64,000 nt of DNA, taken from NCBI GenBank assembly GCA_973895155.1, contig OZ316894.1:23930709-23994708 (forward strand). The letters are read 5' to 3'. The translations under genes were made by a program, and so were the position numbers. The notes below the pieces were generated by a model. It was not told where the DNA came from and made no database searches. It was given only the letters and a program-made list of their open reading frames with translations. This DNA is from Marsupella aquatica (Eukaryota; Plantae; Marchantiophyta). How positions within the stretch are numbered: the first letter of the stretch is position 1; each line of letters starts with the position of its first letter. Below are positions 36,101 through 47,600 of this stretch, piece after piece.

Positions 36101-37097
36101 TGGATGCTTTCAGTGCTCTCATTCTCGCTCTAAGAAACTCCATCTCAACCTCTGCCAACCTTGGTCTTGCTTGTAACTCCATGTATTTTTGCCTAAAATT
36201 GGAGCACGCTTTTGAAAATCGCAACACAGGGTTTGCAAATTCCCTCCTTCCTTCCCTCCAGGCTCCTTCTAGAAGCACCAGGTCCTCCTTGTTGCTTAGA
36301 AGCGCTGGATTGGCCATGAATAGTCTCACCTTACCTCGCTCCACCTTCTGACCTGCATCTCTGAACCTCCCTTTCAGTATCACCAGGTCATGGTCTGATA
36401 ACGCTGATCCTCCTTCATGCACCAGCTCTACTCTCTCCTCTAACCACCATCCCTTCTCGCTAATGTAGAACCTATCTAATCGGGATTGTACCATTAATCC
36501 CCTTCTCATCCTTCTCCATGTGAATTGGGCACCCGTAGCGCCCCCGGTGATCTCCCACGCATCTACCAGGTCAAAGCGCGTTTTTAAGAAGCACCAGAAT
36601 TCCGCTTCTCTTCCGCTGATCAGAGGTGATCTCCCGGTTGAGTCCGCTCTTCTTTCTGTCATGTTGAAGTCACCACAGATGATCCAGTTTACCTGCGGAA
36701 GCTCATCCTTAAGCTCGTTCCATAGCAAAGCCCTTAAGTCAGCCGAGTTTGGTGCATAGATAGATGCCACTCCATAATTGCCTCCTTCGTTCTCAATGAT
36801 TATCCACACAGCTCTGCCAAGGTCCAGTTTGCCTGATGCTACCACCTTCAAAGACGGGTGGACCAGAAGTGCCGTTCCTCCCCTGCCTTCCTCTGGTGCC
36901 GATGAGAAGTGTTGATAGTTTGAGAGAATTGTTCTCAGAGCCATGTCCAAACGGAATTGATCCGTCTTCACTTCTTGTAGAGCTAGGCATCCCAACGGAA
37001 ATCGCAGTGCCTGTACCCAGGTTTTGACGACATGTTTGCGGTTTGTCTCACACAGCCCACAGACATTCCATGTGGCAATCCGCATTATGTTCTCCAT
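33153..37097 (-). CDS. LINE ORF2: AP-like endonuclease + reverse transcriptase + zf-RVT
   Basis: IATWNVCGL, LQE, IYAPN, GDFN, SRLDRFY, SDH; KSPGPDGL, WRPLTMLN, KLDFEKAFDRV, GVRQGCP, LFADD, KYLG; C-terminal CKLC...ETMQHLFIEC. No internal stops. ATG at 37097 or 37085. Confidence 0.95.
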   Translation of the reverse strand: MENIMRIATWNVCGLCETNRKHVVKTWVQALRFPLGCLALQEVKTDQFRLDMALRTILSNYQHFSSAPEEGRGGTALLVHPSLKVVASGKLDLGRAVWIIIENEGGNYGVASIYAPNSADLRALLWNELKDELPQVNWIICGDFNMTERRADSTGRSPLISGREAEFWCFLKTRFDLVDAWEITGGATGAQFTWRRMRRGLMVQSRLDRFYISEKGWWLEERVELVHEGGSALSDHDLVILKGRFRDAGQKVERGKVRLFMANPALLSNKEDLVLLEGAWREGRREFANPVLRFSKACSNFRQKYMELQARPRLAEVEMEFLRARMRALKASILEEHTEDEIKEYTETEDTLHATELEVANKGRRLARIKWLGEGDESTKFFYAIVKAKCARETMNLILKEDGMEITEAASIVLEVEKMCQALYAPQEPSQRETQERRQERRRLLQHTKFALTAAERMKLEALPTTKEVKEVLWMLPGDKSPGPDGLTAEVLRACWEFLGQDLVEMIQEFWMTGEIDSALKEGIIKLIPKKPDKRSLKDWRPLTMLNTTYKVIAKILALRLQEIMNKIISPQQTGFIQGRHILENISLAWLACDWIQHKKTEALFLKLDFEKAFDRVNHEYIWDTMHLLGISGHFITLVRALLAGSFSKAMVNGFATGMIELKRGVRQGCPLLPLLFVISTQPLMDFLAAEMEAGRLSGLSITDTLTICYRLFADDVGMFIPATEEAFTQAQTALACYEMGSGAKLNLRKSVVIPLAIEVIPDWLLYSGCQVSAMGEVQKYLGAPLGAGLKTEQLHRFCLDKISSRLSSWTNKLLSFTGRTLLVKHVLQAIPIYHVMHLKASAGLAKKLIALSRDFLWGYNPAGGKKIPLVAWDKMTLPKIEGGLGFKDFRSHSNALLSQWFTKALEYPDREWSKMLAANLSLMGWLNYKVIRRNNYTFKDRLLLCTPRAGGGLRYTSGLWKAWEELRAHLAFCPGRYGAPGRWSINDAIRCMVDFNSLPNVDIVGVTAICGRLGMRSIQDGWSVETRGWKDLPLRGQVLRGFTGEHRGLARAFLGRIWESTACRWDRDPPARQWRWSDRAEPLKDFQITNCRVYQFLRPKMSLHVLLNRCWSSHRSEIEWCIGWKKLWIFDLSCRAKTFIWRILVGGLFTGQRALRIQAGTGNCKLCCGVLETMQHLFIECSHASCCWRMCDRILTELRLPIGGGLLAILDASTGPEPIHTARIFCVYQTLWMIWLGRNEHMFSDKVGRSFDLGLMLAETANHIHAVGAGLRFGRRRSRLNRAQEWLRGTRQIWLRRGGDRILLVPSSGGVAD

Positions 37098-37158
37098 CCC
37101 CTCCCCCCCCCCGCTGCTCCCCAAGTCGAGTGGTGCACTTGGTCAGCACACCGTCACC

Positions 37159-38949
37159 CTAGATACGATTCCGTCCTCCAGGGGATAGCATCCAGCCCTG
37201 AGAGCCGCTCCCCGTTTGCTGCTCAGTCAGTCCCCCTATCAGGGAGTAGTCGTCTCTCATCTTAGTTTGTGCTGTGCCTCTTTGTTCACTTCTCGGACTC
37301 CTCGTTTCAGGCCTGAGCAATCTGTTTGTCCTTGTTGAGCTTTCGCCCGCACCTGCATCAGACATGGATCCTCGTGAGAAGTACAGCGAACGTTGTTTTT
37401 TTGCTTCACCCTTCGGCTTATCTTTATCTTCAGTTGGGGGGGTTCTCAATTCTTGTTTCCTGGTTCGTGCTTTGAGTTTGCTATTCGATATGTAAGCTTC
37501 ATATTCTGATATCTCTGCATCGGTGTCCCCATGGTACGAGAAATTCCCTTCGGCTTCTACCTCTAAGAGCGATCCTGGAAGCCCGAGTGTGTCTGTTCTG
37601 GCCTTCGTGCTGAATTCCGGCCCAAAGCTTGGTGCACTGGCATTTAGAACAGAGCCTCTGCGGTCTGTGTTACCTCCAGGATCCCGGGCCAGTCCACTCC
37701 CAGGTGGGAAGTCTCGCGAATTCCCCTTAGTCCTAGTCGGTTCCCATCTCACCATGGCGTCCAAGGGTCCACGAGTGGGCTCCAGCAATTCCATCCCAAT
37801 AGCACCCACATTCGGCCGTTGTGGGTCAGCTGGAGTTCCTTTGTCCGGTTCTCTAACATCTGTCGCAATGATCAGCTCCACATGGGCAATTTCCTCCTCA
37901 ACTGAGTTTTTCCGGATCGTGTTCGCCTGCCGCTCTTGGTTCTCCCTGAATTTAACCCGGACCATAGCATTCTCTTGGGCCTTTTGTATCTCTTCTGGGT
38001 CAGCCTCCGAGTGTCGTTCGTCGTCTTTTTCATCAGGTATTTCCAGCACACTCGTCGGCCTCTGCCCTTCATCTCCTTCTCGACAGCTGCGGGCTAGATG
38101 CCCTTTCTTATGGCATTTGTAGCAGTGGTAAGGAATATTGCGGAAGGTCACCGGTTGCCAAATTACTATATCCTTCTGAATTTTCACTCGAACACTTGCC
38201 GGTATCTCCCTGTCAATGTCCCATAGTATGCACGCACGATCATGTGGGTAAGAACTGAATTGGTCTCCTTGAATGTAGTATAGTAGGGTGCCAAGCGCGC
38301 TTGCAATTTTCCTTCTGCATCCTTCCAACTCCAAGGCTCTAAATGGTAGCTCAATCCATACTGGCAGTTTGGTGTAAGACTCATTTTTTATGTCAAAGGT
38401 TGGATCCCATGGGAAGGTGTATACAAATCTATTTTCCATAAACCATGGCGCCCCATTCAGTGCCAAATCCCGATGATCAGGTTCTTCAAAGATTACCATG
38501 TAAAAAATTTTCCCCACAAACTTGACTTGTAGCACCGGCCAGCGCCCTTGGCTAGTCATTTCGTCTTCTACCCAGTCTCTGAAGGCTGGAAGCAATGGGG
38601 TTCTGTCTGTGAAGTAGCATAGCAAGGCACAGTTATATAATTGCCTCACATTCATAGCTGCTTCCGTCATGTTCCATTCAACTGTGGCAAACAACTTTTT
38701 GTCAAGGTCACCCTTAGAGCGGTGTGCTACAGCTCTCAGAATTCTGATACATTCCTCCGATGTTTCCTCCTCTTCAGCTCCTTCGCGGCCCCATGTATCA
38801 GGATTCCGGGTACCATTTGAGATTCCACAGATTCCAGGACCCTCTCCCCTGAGCTCTGCACCTCTCAGGCTACGTCGTGTCTCTCCATCCAAGGCTGGGA
38901 CCTTGTCCCGAGCTGAGCCGCCGCCATTCTCATCCTCTTCCATGTCCAT
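37159..38949 (-). CDS. LINE ORF1 (DUF4283/RRM-like + CCHC zinc knuckle)
   Basis: ALNGAPWFMENRFV..FPWDP..PVWIELP motif typical of plant L1 ORF1; CYKCHKKGHLARSC knuckle. Confidence 0.9.
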   Translation of the reverse strand: MDMEEDENGGGSARDKVPALDGETRRSLRGAELRGEGPGICGISNGTRNPDTWGREGAEEEETSEECIRILRAVAHRSKGDLDKKLFATVEWNMTEAAMNVRQLYNCALLCYFTDRTPLLPAFRDWVEDEMTSQGRWPVLQVKFVGKIFYMVIFEEPDHRDLALNGAPWFMENRFVYTFPWDPTFDIKNESYTKLPVWIELPFRALELEGCRRKIASALGTLLYYIQGDQFSSYPHDRACILWDIDREIPASVRVKIQKDIVIWQPVTFRNIPYHCYKCHKKGHLARSCREGDEGQRPTSVLEIPDEKDDERHSEADPEEIQKAQENAMVRVKFRENQERQANTIRKNSVEEEIAHVELIIATDVREPDKGTPADPQRPNVGAIGMELLEPTRGPLDAMVRWEPTRTKGNSRDFPPGSGLARDPGGNTDRRGSVLNASAPSFGPEFSTKARTDTLGLPGSLLEVEAEGNFSYHGDTDAEISEYEAYISNSKLKARTRKQELRTPPTEDKDKPKGEAKKQRSLYFSRGSMSDAGAGESSTRTNRLLRPETRSPRSEQRGTAQTKMRDDYSLIGGLTEQQTGSGSQGWMLSPGGRNRI

Positions 38950-40689
38950 CAGATCGTCCTGTATCTCCCGTTGTGAGCCGGCTGAGCCCCCCTACTCTCT
39001 CCCTGTAGGCCAGGATTGCCTCCTCCCTTTCTCTCCCGCCGTGGTCTGTCCCCATCATTCCGCGCATCTTGCGCCGAGAATTGGTTGCACCTCCCCACTC
39101 CCTCCTCTCCGAGTTTTCCTTTATTCTGAGAGGCCAAACCAACCAGATTGGTCTCGCACCCTCTCACCCCCTGAAGCGTCCCCGTTCTAGTCTAGACAGC
39201 CATCGGTGTAGCCACTCGGATGTTCCTTGATTTAGAAAGACGTCCATTCCGATCGCTTCTTCCACGAGATGTGGTTTCTGAGCGCCCGTAGTAGTCCAAT
39301 CCCTTTTCACCTTCGCCCGACATTAAATTAATGTATGCAATGACAGTCAGACGGCGTTAATAAGATGTTCAGGGCAGTGCTTACCTTGTAATCGAAGAGG
39401 GCTCCAGGCTCCTCTCGAGTCCACTGGGTCCAATCTCATTAACCAAGATGTCCTTCTTGAACTATTCCATAATTCTCCCGTTAGAATAGAACCACTCAGG
39501 CACACTTTGTGCCGCCTTAACTCTTCTTTGCATGTTCCGCCATCCTCTTTGGCAATGTCAGCTCCAAACACTTTTAGGAATCTGAGTGCCGCCACTCGCT
39601 GTCCAATCCAAGCTTGCAGACACCAAGGTCCGTTGCCGTAATCCACACTGTTTGTTTTAGTCGCCCACTGTAGCACCCCACCAGATCGATGCGAACCCCT
39701 GTTCCAATGTGTCTACCTTTTAATCCCCGCCTCCAAAAGTGGCAGCGGGAAAGGTGCTCCCGCTAGACTAACGCATCGGCTCATCCGCCACCCCTGGCTC
39801 CAACTCTCATGACCGGATCTCCACAATTGTGCTCCCGCAATCCAGACTAGTATTCCACCCTAAAACAGCAGAACCGGCTCTAAAGCGGATCCCGATCGTA
39901 GCGATGCCGAGAGAGAGCAGAAAAAGCTTCGTGCAGAAGCAGGGGTCACCCTCGTATCGATTCCACCCCTCTCGAGAAGCTTTTTGCCCCTCTCAATCTC
40001 CTTCTGGAAGGTCGAAACGCTCATGGATGAGCACAAGTCCCTCCGCCCTTCTTCGCAAGTCCACTGTCAGTTCCAATCATCCACACATGATTTGAATGAA
40101 CAATAAGTTAAGTTTAACAAGGTTGATTATATGGTTGTGATCACCTGACATATATTTATTGCTAATTCAAGATGTCTCAAATCATTTGTTTACTGAAGCA
40201 GGCAGACAAATGCTTGATATCACAAATTGCAAGCATTGTTTTTCCAGCACAAAAGTGGAATGATTTAAGTTAGGTCAAAATTATACTTCATAAGAGCATC
40301 CGCACCAGTGCTTGCCAAAAGGCATTGGGCTTGTAAAAGTCAGCTTTTCCAGGTCCTGGTCATTTTTTGTGTTGCGCCCACACCTGCTATCTCTAAACAG
40401 TTTTCAGGCCTCTGGCTATACTCATTTGCTGACTGCTATATCAACCCCCTTTGGCAGTCTGGAAACCACGTTTGGCAGTCCTTGGAAACCCCATCTACGA
40501 TTGAAAGCCTGCCACTTTTCCACATCCTACACGCAAGCAAATCTTCCCCCATGAATATGAATTCTGGCGCGCATATTTGTAGGTAGCAGCACATGTCAAT
40601 GCACATTTTTCCTGTAGCTTGTCAGAGCTCTGGTCGCATCAAGAGGTCGTGGTACAATCAAGAGCTCTGCACTCCAGTCGTATCTAAAA

Positions 40690-41634
40690 ATGGCCCAACG
40701 GGGCAAGAACTTCAGTCCACCTGAATTAAAACAGCTGTGTTATTCCTACTTGGAGGTATCCCAAGACCCTTGCCTCAGTAGTGGGCAAAAGTGAGAGAAT
40801 TTATTATGGGAGAGAGTTTCTGAGCACTATGATGGAAATTGAAAACAGGCCATGAGAGCAAATCAGCAAAATTGCTTGAGGCAAATGGTGATGTTCAAAA
40901 AGCTACCACTTGATTCATCGGTTGCTATCAATTGGTAGAATACCTAGACATTTCACGCACAAATAGTGACGACACCTTTGTGAAGGCCAGAGAACTCTAC
41001 AAGACACGACATTCAAACGGGAAGGAATTCACTTTCTCAGTTTGTTACAAAATTCTGAAGGACTACCCAAGGTCGATGATGCCAGCGAACCAAATGGCAA
41101 AGGGGAAGCGCAAACGAAAGTCACCTGAACAAGCACCAAGTGGGGACTTCGTTGGGGTCACAGAGAATTCATCCAATTCAGATGGCCCAATTAATTCAGA
41201 GACAGATAACGATCCTAGCGACCAGCAGAAGGCAAATGGAAATAGGCTAAAGAGGCCCCTGGGTACAAAGTTGGCCAAGGATTATGCCAAAAAGGGGAAA
41301 GGACATGATGATTCTTTCAAGGTTGCAACCCAAGCACACAAGGTCATGGCACAAACAGGGGTAGAGTGTTTGAAAATTTTGGAGAGGCAAACTTTTATGA
41401 ATATGCTCACTCTCCCAATAGCAGGTCTGGACACTGAGACGTTGTAATTCTTGAATTTGTGGAAGCAAGATGAAATGGCAAAGCTGAAAGACAAGATCTC
41501 TGCTAGGCAGTCTCAGGTGTCTTCCCCATTGCCAATGTACCAGGGCAACAAGGACATCCTTGCCAACCCTTATTGCAAGCAATGATGAGGACTCCCCAAC
41601 TCCTCACGAACTTGAGGCAATATTTTTCCAGTAG
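40690..41634 (+). pseudogene. Harbinger ORF1 (Myb-like/NAM-associated DNA-binding protein), disrupted
   Basis: MAQRGKNFSPPELKQLCYSYLEVSQDP..SGQK*ENLLWERV; later ARELYK...FTFSVCYKILKDYP and KRPLGTKLAK. Stops and frameshifts present. Confidence 0.8.
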
Positions 41635-42879
41635 TCCAATTTTATGTAGTGGAAAATTGTTTCATGTATGGGTTTTCAGAAACCACATTGTAATAAAATG
41701 CCCTTGCCTTTAGTCCATTCTATGGCTTGAAGTTATTGTGTACATGTGATTCACTGTCCATTTCAATTGCCCACCACAGTGCACAATCATTATTTGCTAT
41801 TCTCATGCTCAGTATGTCTCAGTCTGTATGTTTGGTATGTACTACACATGTGAAGCCTCGTGTCCTGGCCAGTCTTCATTTGACTCCCATTTTAATGGCA
41901 TCAAGGTTTGAGCTACACAACTCTATCCCCCTTGCGCTCTTTCACCCTAAATTGATCCTTGCTCTCGGTCCTTGCATCTTGCACATTTGCTAATTGCTCC
42001 TCTTTTCGCATAGCTCATTTGCTCCTTCATAATTTCTATTCATCAGTCCATTTATGTTCAGTCTTTCTGGCAATGAGCTTCGAGCTAGGAATCACCATGT
42101 TTGACTCTGATTTTGAGAGCAACACTGTTTGCTCTCGGCCATGCCCATCAATTCTAAAGCCTTGTCTTCTGAATCCGAAGGTGGACTCTCAGAAGATTGT
42201 ACCAAAGAAGGAGAGCTCAGGTTATCCATGTGCACATGATAGAGGGGCTACTTCCTTGCCAAATACGGGGCAATCCAAAGGTGTGAAGGAAGGGCCCGGT
42301 CTGGTCCGTTGTTTTGTGCTCAATGAATGGGCTGAGTCCTCTAAAGAACGCACCTTGCTAAAGTCAATGGAGGATTTTGGTGACAACAAAGAGGAGGATC
42401 GAGGGCTAGCGCTTGAAAGCAAAATTGGTAAGCTTGTTTAGGGATTTTTGCATCCCACATTTCCTGTTTTCGATGCTTCTCTCTTTTTCGAACTTGATTT
42501 CTACCACGAACATTTACCAACAATTTTGCTTTCATGTGTTTGAATTGCAGGTCACCATTCTCTCTCTTCTGTGGATCTACTTGTGGTGAACCTGGAATTA
42601 CTACGAAGTCCATGCACTAGACTGTAGACTAGAGAGAGATTAGTTAGTTTAGGTCAATTAGAGCTTTTTCAATTATGTGCTCTCAACTAGTGCTCTTGAC
42701 ATGAGGCCATGGGTCTGATCGAATTCAATCCCTTGTGCAATAAAGATCCTAGATTTTATTATAAAAATGCAATATGAGTACACTATGTCAGGAAATGGAT
42801 ATCCACTGAAATCCTTCATGCTACTAATCTTCTAAACCTATTAGTCTTTCCTTTGCCACAAGTGCTCCATTAAATTATT

Positions 42880-44102
42880 CCTTAAACCAGACCAACTGGG
42901 ACTATTTTCCAAGTCCTTTGTTGCAGCCAAGTAATCCCTCCAGGGCATGCTCCCCCTCTGCTTGTCAACAATGGACCTGCTTCAGCAAGGAAATCCTCAT
43001 GTTCTTCACCCCTTTCATCCTCATTATCATATATTGCAGCACAATGTTGGCCATCAAGATAGTATGGACTCTCTCCATATGCCATGACCTAGCAGGTTGC
43101 TTGATTATGCCCCATCTAGCTTGCAATACGCCAAAGGCCCTCTCCACATCCTTGCAAGCACCTTTTTGACACTTAGCAAAATACTTTTTTTCTGTGATTG
43201 AGGTTTGTGAAAGGTAGTGACGAAGCAAGACCACTTGGGATAAATACCATCAACTAGTAGGTAAGCCTTCTTCTACTCGATTCCATTGATTGTGAAATTC
43301 ACCTAGTCATAGTGTTGGTGCAGCACGTCGTTGACTAGAGGAGCCCAAAAAGGCATGCCAAAACCAAAGTTCCTGGTCTGCAATTGCTTCAAGAACTATG
43401 GATTTGTTTCCATCTTTGTCTGTGAATTGTCCTTGCTAGGCCATTGGGCAAATCTTCCATTCATAGTGCATCCAGTCAAGGCTAGCAAACATGCTTGGGA
43501 ACCCTTTTTATCATTGAAATCCAATATCCTCAAGAAATCACTCTTTTTTGGCTTTTGCAAGTATTGCTCTTCAAATAATTCTCGAATGGCCAAGCAAAAT
43601 CGATATAGAGACTTTCTGGCTGTTCATTCTACAAGCCTACAATATTCATCAGTGGCATCTGCCCCTACCCCAAATGCTAATTGTCGCAAAGCAGCTATGA
43701 CTTTTTGTAGCTCATACATGCCAATGTTTTTTATAGCATCTCTCTTTTGTTGAAACAATTCATCGTGTGTCGAAATTGCAAGCAAAATTCTATCAAACAA
43801 ACGTCGGGTCATCCTAATCGTCTGCGGAAATCTTTAGTATCATACGTACAATACTCAGTGAAATAATCATCAACAATGGTTTGACATCCTCGTTCACGCT
43901 TCCTATCTTTGTTGGGCTTCTTGCCATGTGTTGACCCTCCTCCTTGCTTGCGCTCCTTCTGTTGCCACGATTGGACTGCTTGGAGAGAGAGCGGTCCAGT
44001 GCAGATGGCCTTCTCCCAAAATTCGTCCTCCTCCTCCATGGCCGCCATCTCTGCCTCAATCTGTTGTTGCAATTGAAGTCTCCAAGCACTCATGGGATCC
44101 AT
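42880..44102 (-). pseudogene. Harbinger/Pong DDE transposase (Plant_tran-like), disrupted
   Basis: Fragments in several frames: IVDDYF...DFRRR, MTRRLFDRI...FQQKRDA...QKVIAALRQLAFG..ADATDEYCR, WKICPMA*QGQF, KDVERAFGVLQARWGII. Confidence 0.88.
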
Positions 44103-44635
44103 GATCCAAGCTCCACTCATTGGAAAATTGAGTCAAGCGATTGAGCTTGCGAGAACTATCGAGCTATGTCATTTTTGAAATGTTTGGGAGAGAGTTTTGT
44201 ATCAACATTGACATTTTTGTGCCAAAATGATTCTGTTCGGTGGCCGGGTTCAAACCTGAGTGATGCGGTTTGAACGCATGGTTGACATTTTCCAGGCCTC
44301 ATTTAGCGGGCACTGGTGCAACATGATTTTAGTGCGGGGCCTAAACCCATATGCAGGCCCAAAAACATTTAGGCAAATTTTGGGTTTGGCAGCACTACAC
44401 CTGGAAACCGGTGCAAATGCTCTAATAAAATTCAAACGGAGACTTGTTTTGGAATCTTTTGACAAGTCCAAGTGAATCAATTCAAATAAATCACTTTCCA
44501 CTTGATCTTAACCATATGGTTGAGTTATATGCTCTAGAGGTGGTAAAAAAGTACTAAAAATTGGTTGTTATCATCTTACAATTGCACAAAATCAAAGGAA
44601 AAATGAAATTATTGATGAAATCAATGTGGTATAGC

Positions 44636-47600
44636 TGTAGATCCTTGTTCATGATGTCTCATATGGACCTCCCCAAGGCTCAGGATTGAGAGGGGGGTTC
44701 CATGCAGGTATGGGCGAGGAGTGCCCTCCTCCTTGGTCCTCACCATGACCCCATCTCCACAGACTTGGGAGATGGAGATAGGGGCCAGCCATAGTTGCAT
44801 GGGGTGACTATGGGCTACTCCCTACCCCTTGCCTTGTTGCTGCGCTGCGTTGCCTTGGCAACTGTTTGTTTTCCGTCAACTGGGCCCAAAAACATCATGA
44901 ACCTGACCCCCTTCCAATTGCCAAACGGGAACAAAGGGGAAAAAACAAAAAGTGGGAGGCCTGGGCCCGACACTATGGAATGGCTCGATATAGTTTATGT
45001 AAGAAACTTGTCATTTTTTTGCTTTTGGAACAAGGAATAGTAAGAAAGATGTTTTAAGTGTTATCGGAGTAACTAGGTTTTAAGAACTTAAGTAGGTAGA
45101 ATAGGAAAGATAGTGGAATGGAAGGTTACTGAGTTGTAAGCAAGTGACAAGGGATAAGAAAGGTCTTTATGATGGGGCATACAACGTTCCGTCCTTATTT
45201 AGAATAGGCGACTATTCCGAGCCAGAGAAACATCCCGACACTTGAAGTCTTAGTTTTGGTTCATATTTTTCCCATAGATGCTAGGAGGTCCCTAGAGCAC
45301 CCCTAAAAAGTTAGGTGTCAAGTGGGGTCTCAACCTAGGGTTTCCTTGTGTTTTGGTGTGACTTAAATTAACAAAATAGCGGGTCCCGAGAAAAATAGTT
45401 GATGAGTAAATTTAGGAGTTCCAAGTTTGGAAGTGGGTTAAATATGGTCCACTCTATCCCTAGAAACTTGTGGTAGAAGCTGGGTATCTTTTGTTACTTT
45501 TTGGGAGCATCTCAAAGGTGAGAAGAATTTTGGAAAACATAATTGACCCTTTTTACCTAATTTTAGAAAATCAATGATAAGGTTTTGTTTAGATATTACT
45601 AAACCAGGGCATAGTCCTATGTCCAGAGAATATGTATATATACTCAGAAGTCATTTTGGACTCATTTGTGATTTTTGGGGGCTGTCCAAAATGGCCTGGA
45701 AATACTATTTTCCCAACAAAAAAATCCAAAATTTTTCTAAGTGTCAACCGCGTTGGCGGCGACCACGACTTAAGCACGAGGCCGGGGCGACTCAAGCATG
45801 AGGTCAGGAACACCATAAGGGTCAATACATGAGATGCTTGCTTCGAATTGGGATCAAGAGGCAGCTACGAAATTGAATTGAGCTGCTATAGCTTCAGGCA
45901 TTGGATGCTGATCAGAATTGGCTGGCTGCCTCGATGCTGCTGATTGGAATAGAGTTGCTTGCTATGGAGAAATAGGCTGTTGCTGATCAAGAGCTAGTTG
46001 GCTGGCTGTGAGCTATGGTGGGCTATGAAATTGAAAGGCTGGCAGCTGATCAAACTTACTACTGCACCAAAATTAGAAGGACTAGCTTCAAGCACGAGAT
46101 GTTGAGTGTTGGCTGATTAGTAAGTATGCTTCTAGCTCAATAGTGTTGTTGCTCTGCTAGCTACGAAGTTGAGAAGGGTGAGCTATGGCCGGCTGCTGGA
46201 GAATAGAGCTAGGCTGCTAGCAAATTGATTGAATGTAGTAGTAAACGGACCAGCTGCAAGGAAGGAATTAAGAGGGCTAGTTGCGAATTGGTGGGCTATG
46301 GCTGCTGCAATTTTGAATCACTTGCAAGGCTGGATGGCTATGGAGGTGGATTGAGAAGGATGCTGCAAACCTAGTTGAACTGTAGATTAACGTGTTGCCA
46401 TTCGAACCCAACAGAGAATGATGCACTTTCAGATTGAATTCAAGAGAGAGGAAAATGGCTGCAACAATTGATGTACTTATCAAATTCTTCATAAGAAACG
46501 TGAGTATAATGAAAGTACTCTCCCCTGGTGACACTTGGAATCTCCATAAGGGGCGTGTAAAGTAAGTGTAATCGGGTCACCACTTACATCCACTTTACAC
46601 CAAAAACAGGCCTTGGGAGAATGAGCATAACTTTGGCTAGGGGTATCTGTTGGGGCCCAAATTTTTGTGTGCTGAGTTAGGGGAAGGTAAGGCACCACTT
46701 GGTGAAGGTGGAAACCCAGAAAAAGAGTCACTCAAATATGTTTTTAGTCGAGGCCATGAGGGGTCCCGATAGCTTGCAAACCAAAGTCGGCATAGGGGAA
46801 TGACTACCAGATTTAGGGGCTGACCTTTCTTGCACCCATACTACTTTAGTTAGGCTCTAGGGAAGGGTACTTACCTTTGTTCAAAGGTGTAAGACCATCA
46901 TATTAAGAAAAGTAAGTATAGGGGGTAGTTTACTTAGAGTAGTTAGTAAAATAAGGTCATCTTTGACTAGGCACAACTTGAGACTCACTCACTCTTTTTG
47001 CAAGATTTCAAGTGGGTTGGAAACCTGGTGAGGAGGACCATAAGTGGGAGCAGGTTTGGAGGTCAAAGCATGCAACTCAGGTGTGGCATATTCTAGGGCT
47101 TGGAAGGAGTCCAAACAATAGATTGTAGAGTGGGCTACGAACTATAGAGTTGGACTTTGTGTGTTAGGAGGACTTGGAGGAGGAGTAGTTGGACCCCAGG
47201 TCAAGCTTGGTATGGTGTGGAAGGAGAATAGTATATAAGGAGTAAGTTTTCATTTGTTAGGGATCGGGAGTCTCATCTCTTAAGTGAAATCTCTACCGTG
47301 CCAAGGTAGGGCTAAGCTTGAGAAGGGAGAGGTGGTCCATGCTTAGTGTGGAGAATGTGTAGTGAACTTTTGTTGTAAAGATGATGCAATAAATGGAGAC
47401 TTGCCAATCTTCATTGTGACCATTAAGTGTGAGTGCATTTGAAGTATATGAGAGCAAGAGAAGAGTCCATGCTATGATATAATCTTGGTCTAAGCTTGAA
47501 GGGGATGTGCTAGTACAAAACCAAGGCTAAGGAGGCAAGATTAAGGTAGAGCACTACTTTGAGACTTAGAAAGGATTATAGCTTGAGGGTGGAAAGTATT

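Larger units (their letters stand above)
32917..40092 (-). mobile_element. L1-clade LINE (non-LTR retrotransposon), ~7.2 kb, near full-length
   Basis: 17-bp TSD TGAATGAACAATAAGTT at 32900-32916 and 40093-40109. A-tail on the minus strand (T8 at 32928-32935). ORF1 and ORF2 in tandem. Confidence 0.95.
40294..44422. mobile_element. Decayed autonomous-type PIF/Harbinger (Pong-like) DNA transposon, 4.1 kb
   Basis: TIRs GAGCATCCGCACCAGT ... ACCGGTGCAAATGCTC (13/16 match). TAA TSD on both sides (40291-40293, 44423-44425). Contains convergent ORF1 and transposase remnants. Confidence 0.9.

Noticed and set aside
33509-39190. Numerous plus-strand and alternate-frame ORFs overlapping the LINE (e.g. 35302..35829, 37523..38122)
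   Set aside because: Antisense shadows of long coding ORFs.
41760-42050. All stops in decayed ORFs being 'C-to-T derived' as proof of former coding
   Set aside because: Trivial, because every stop codon is one C-to-T change from CAA/CAG/CGA; not used as evidence.
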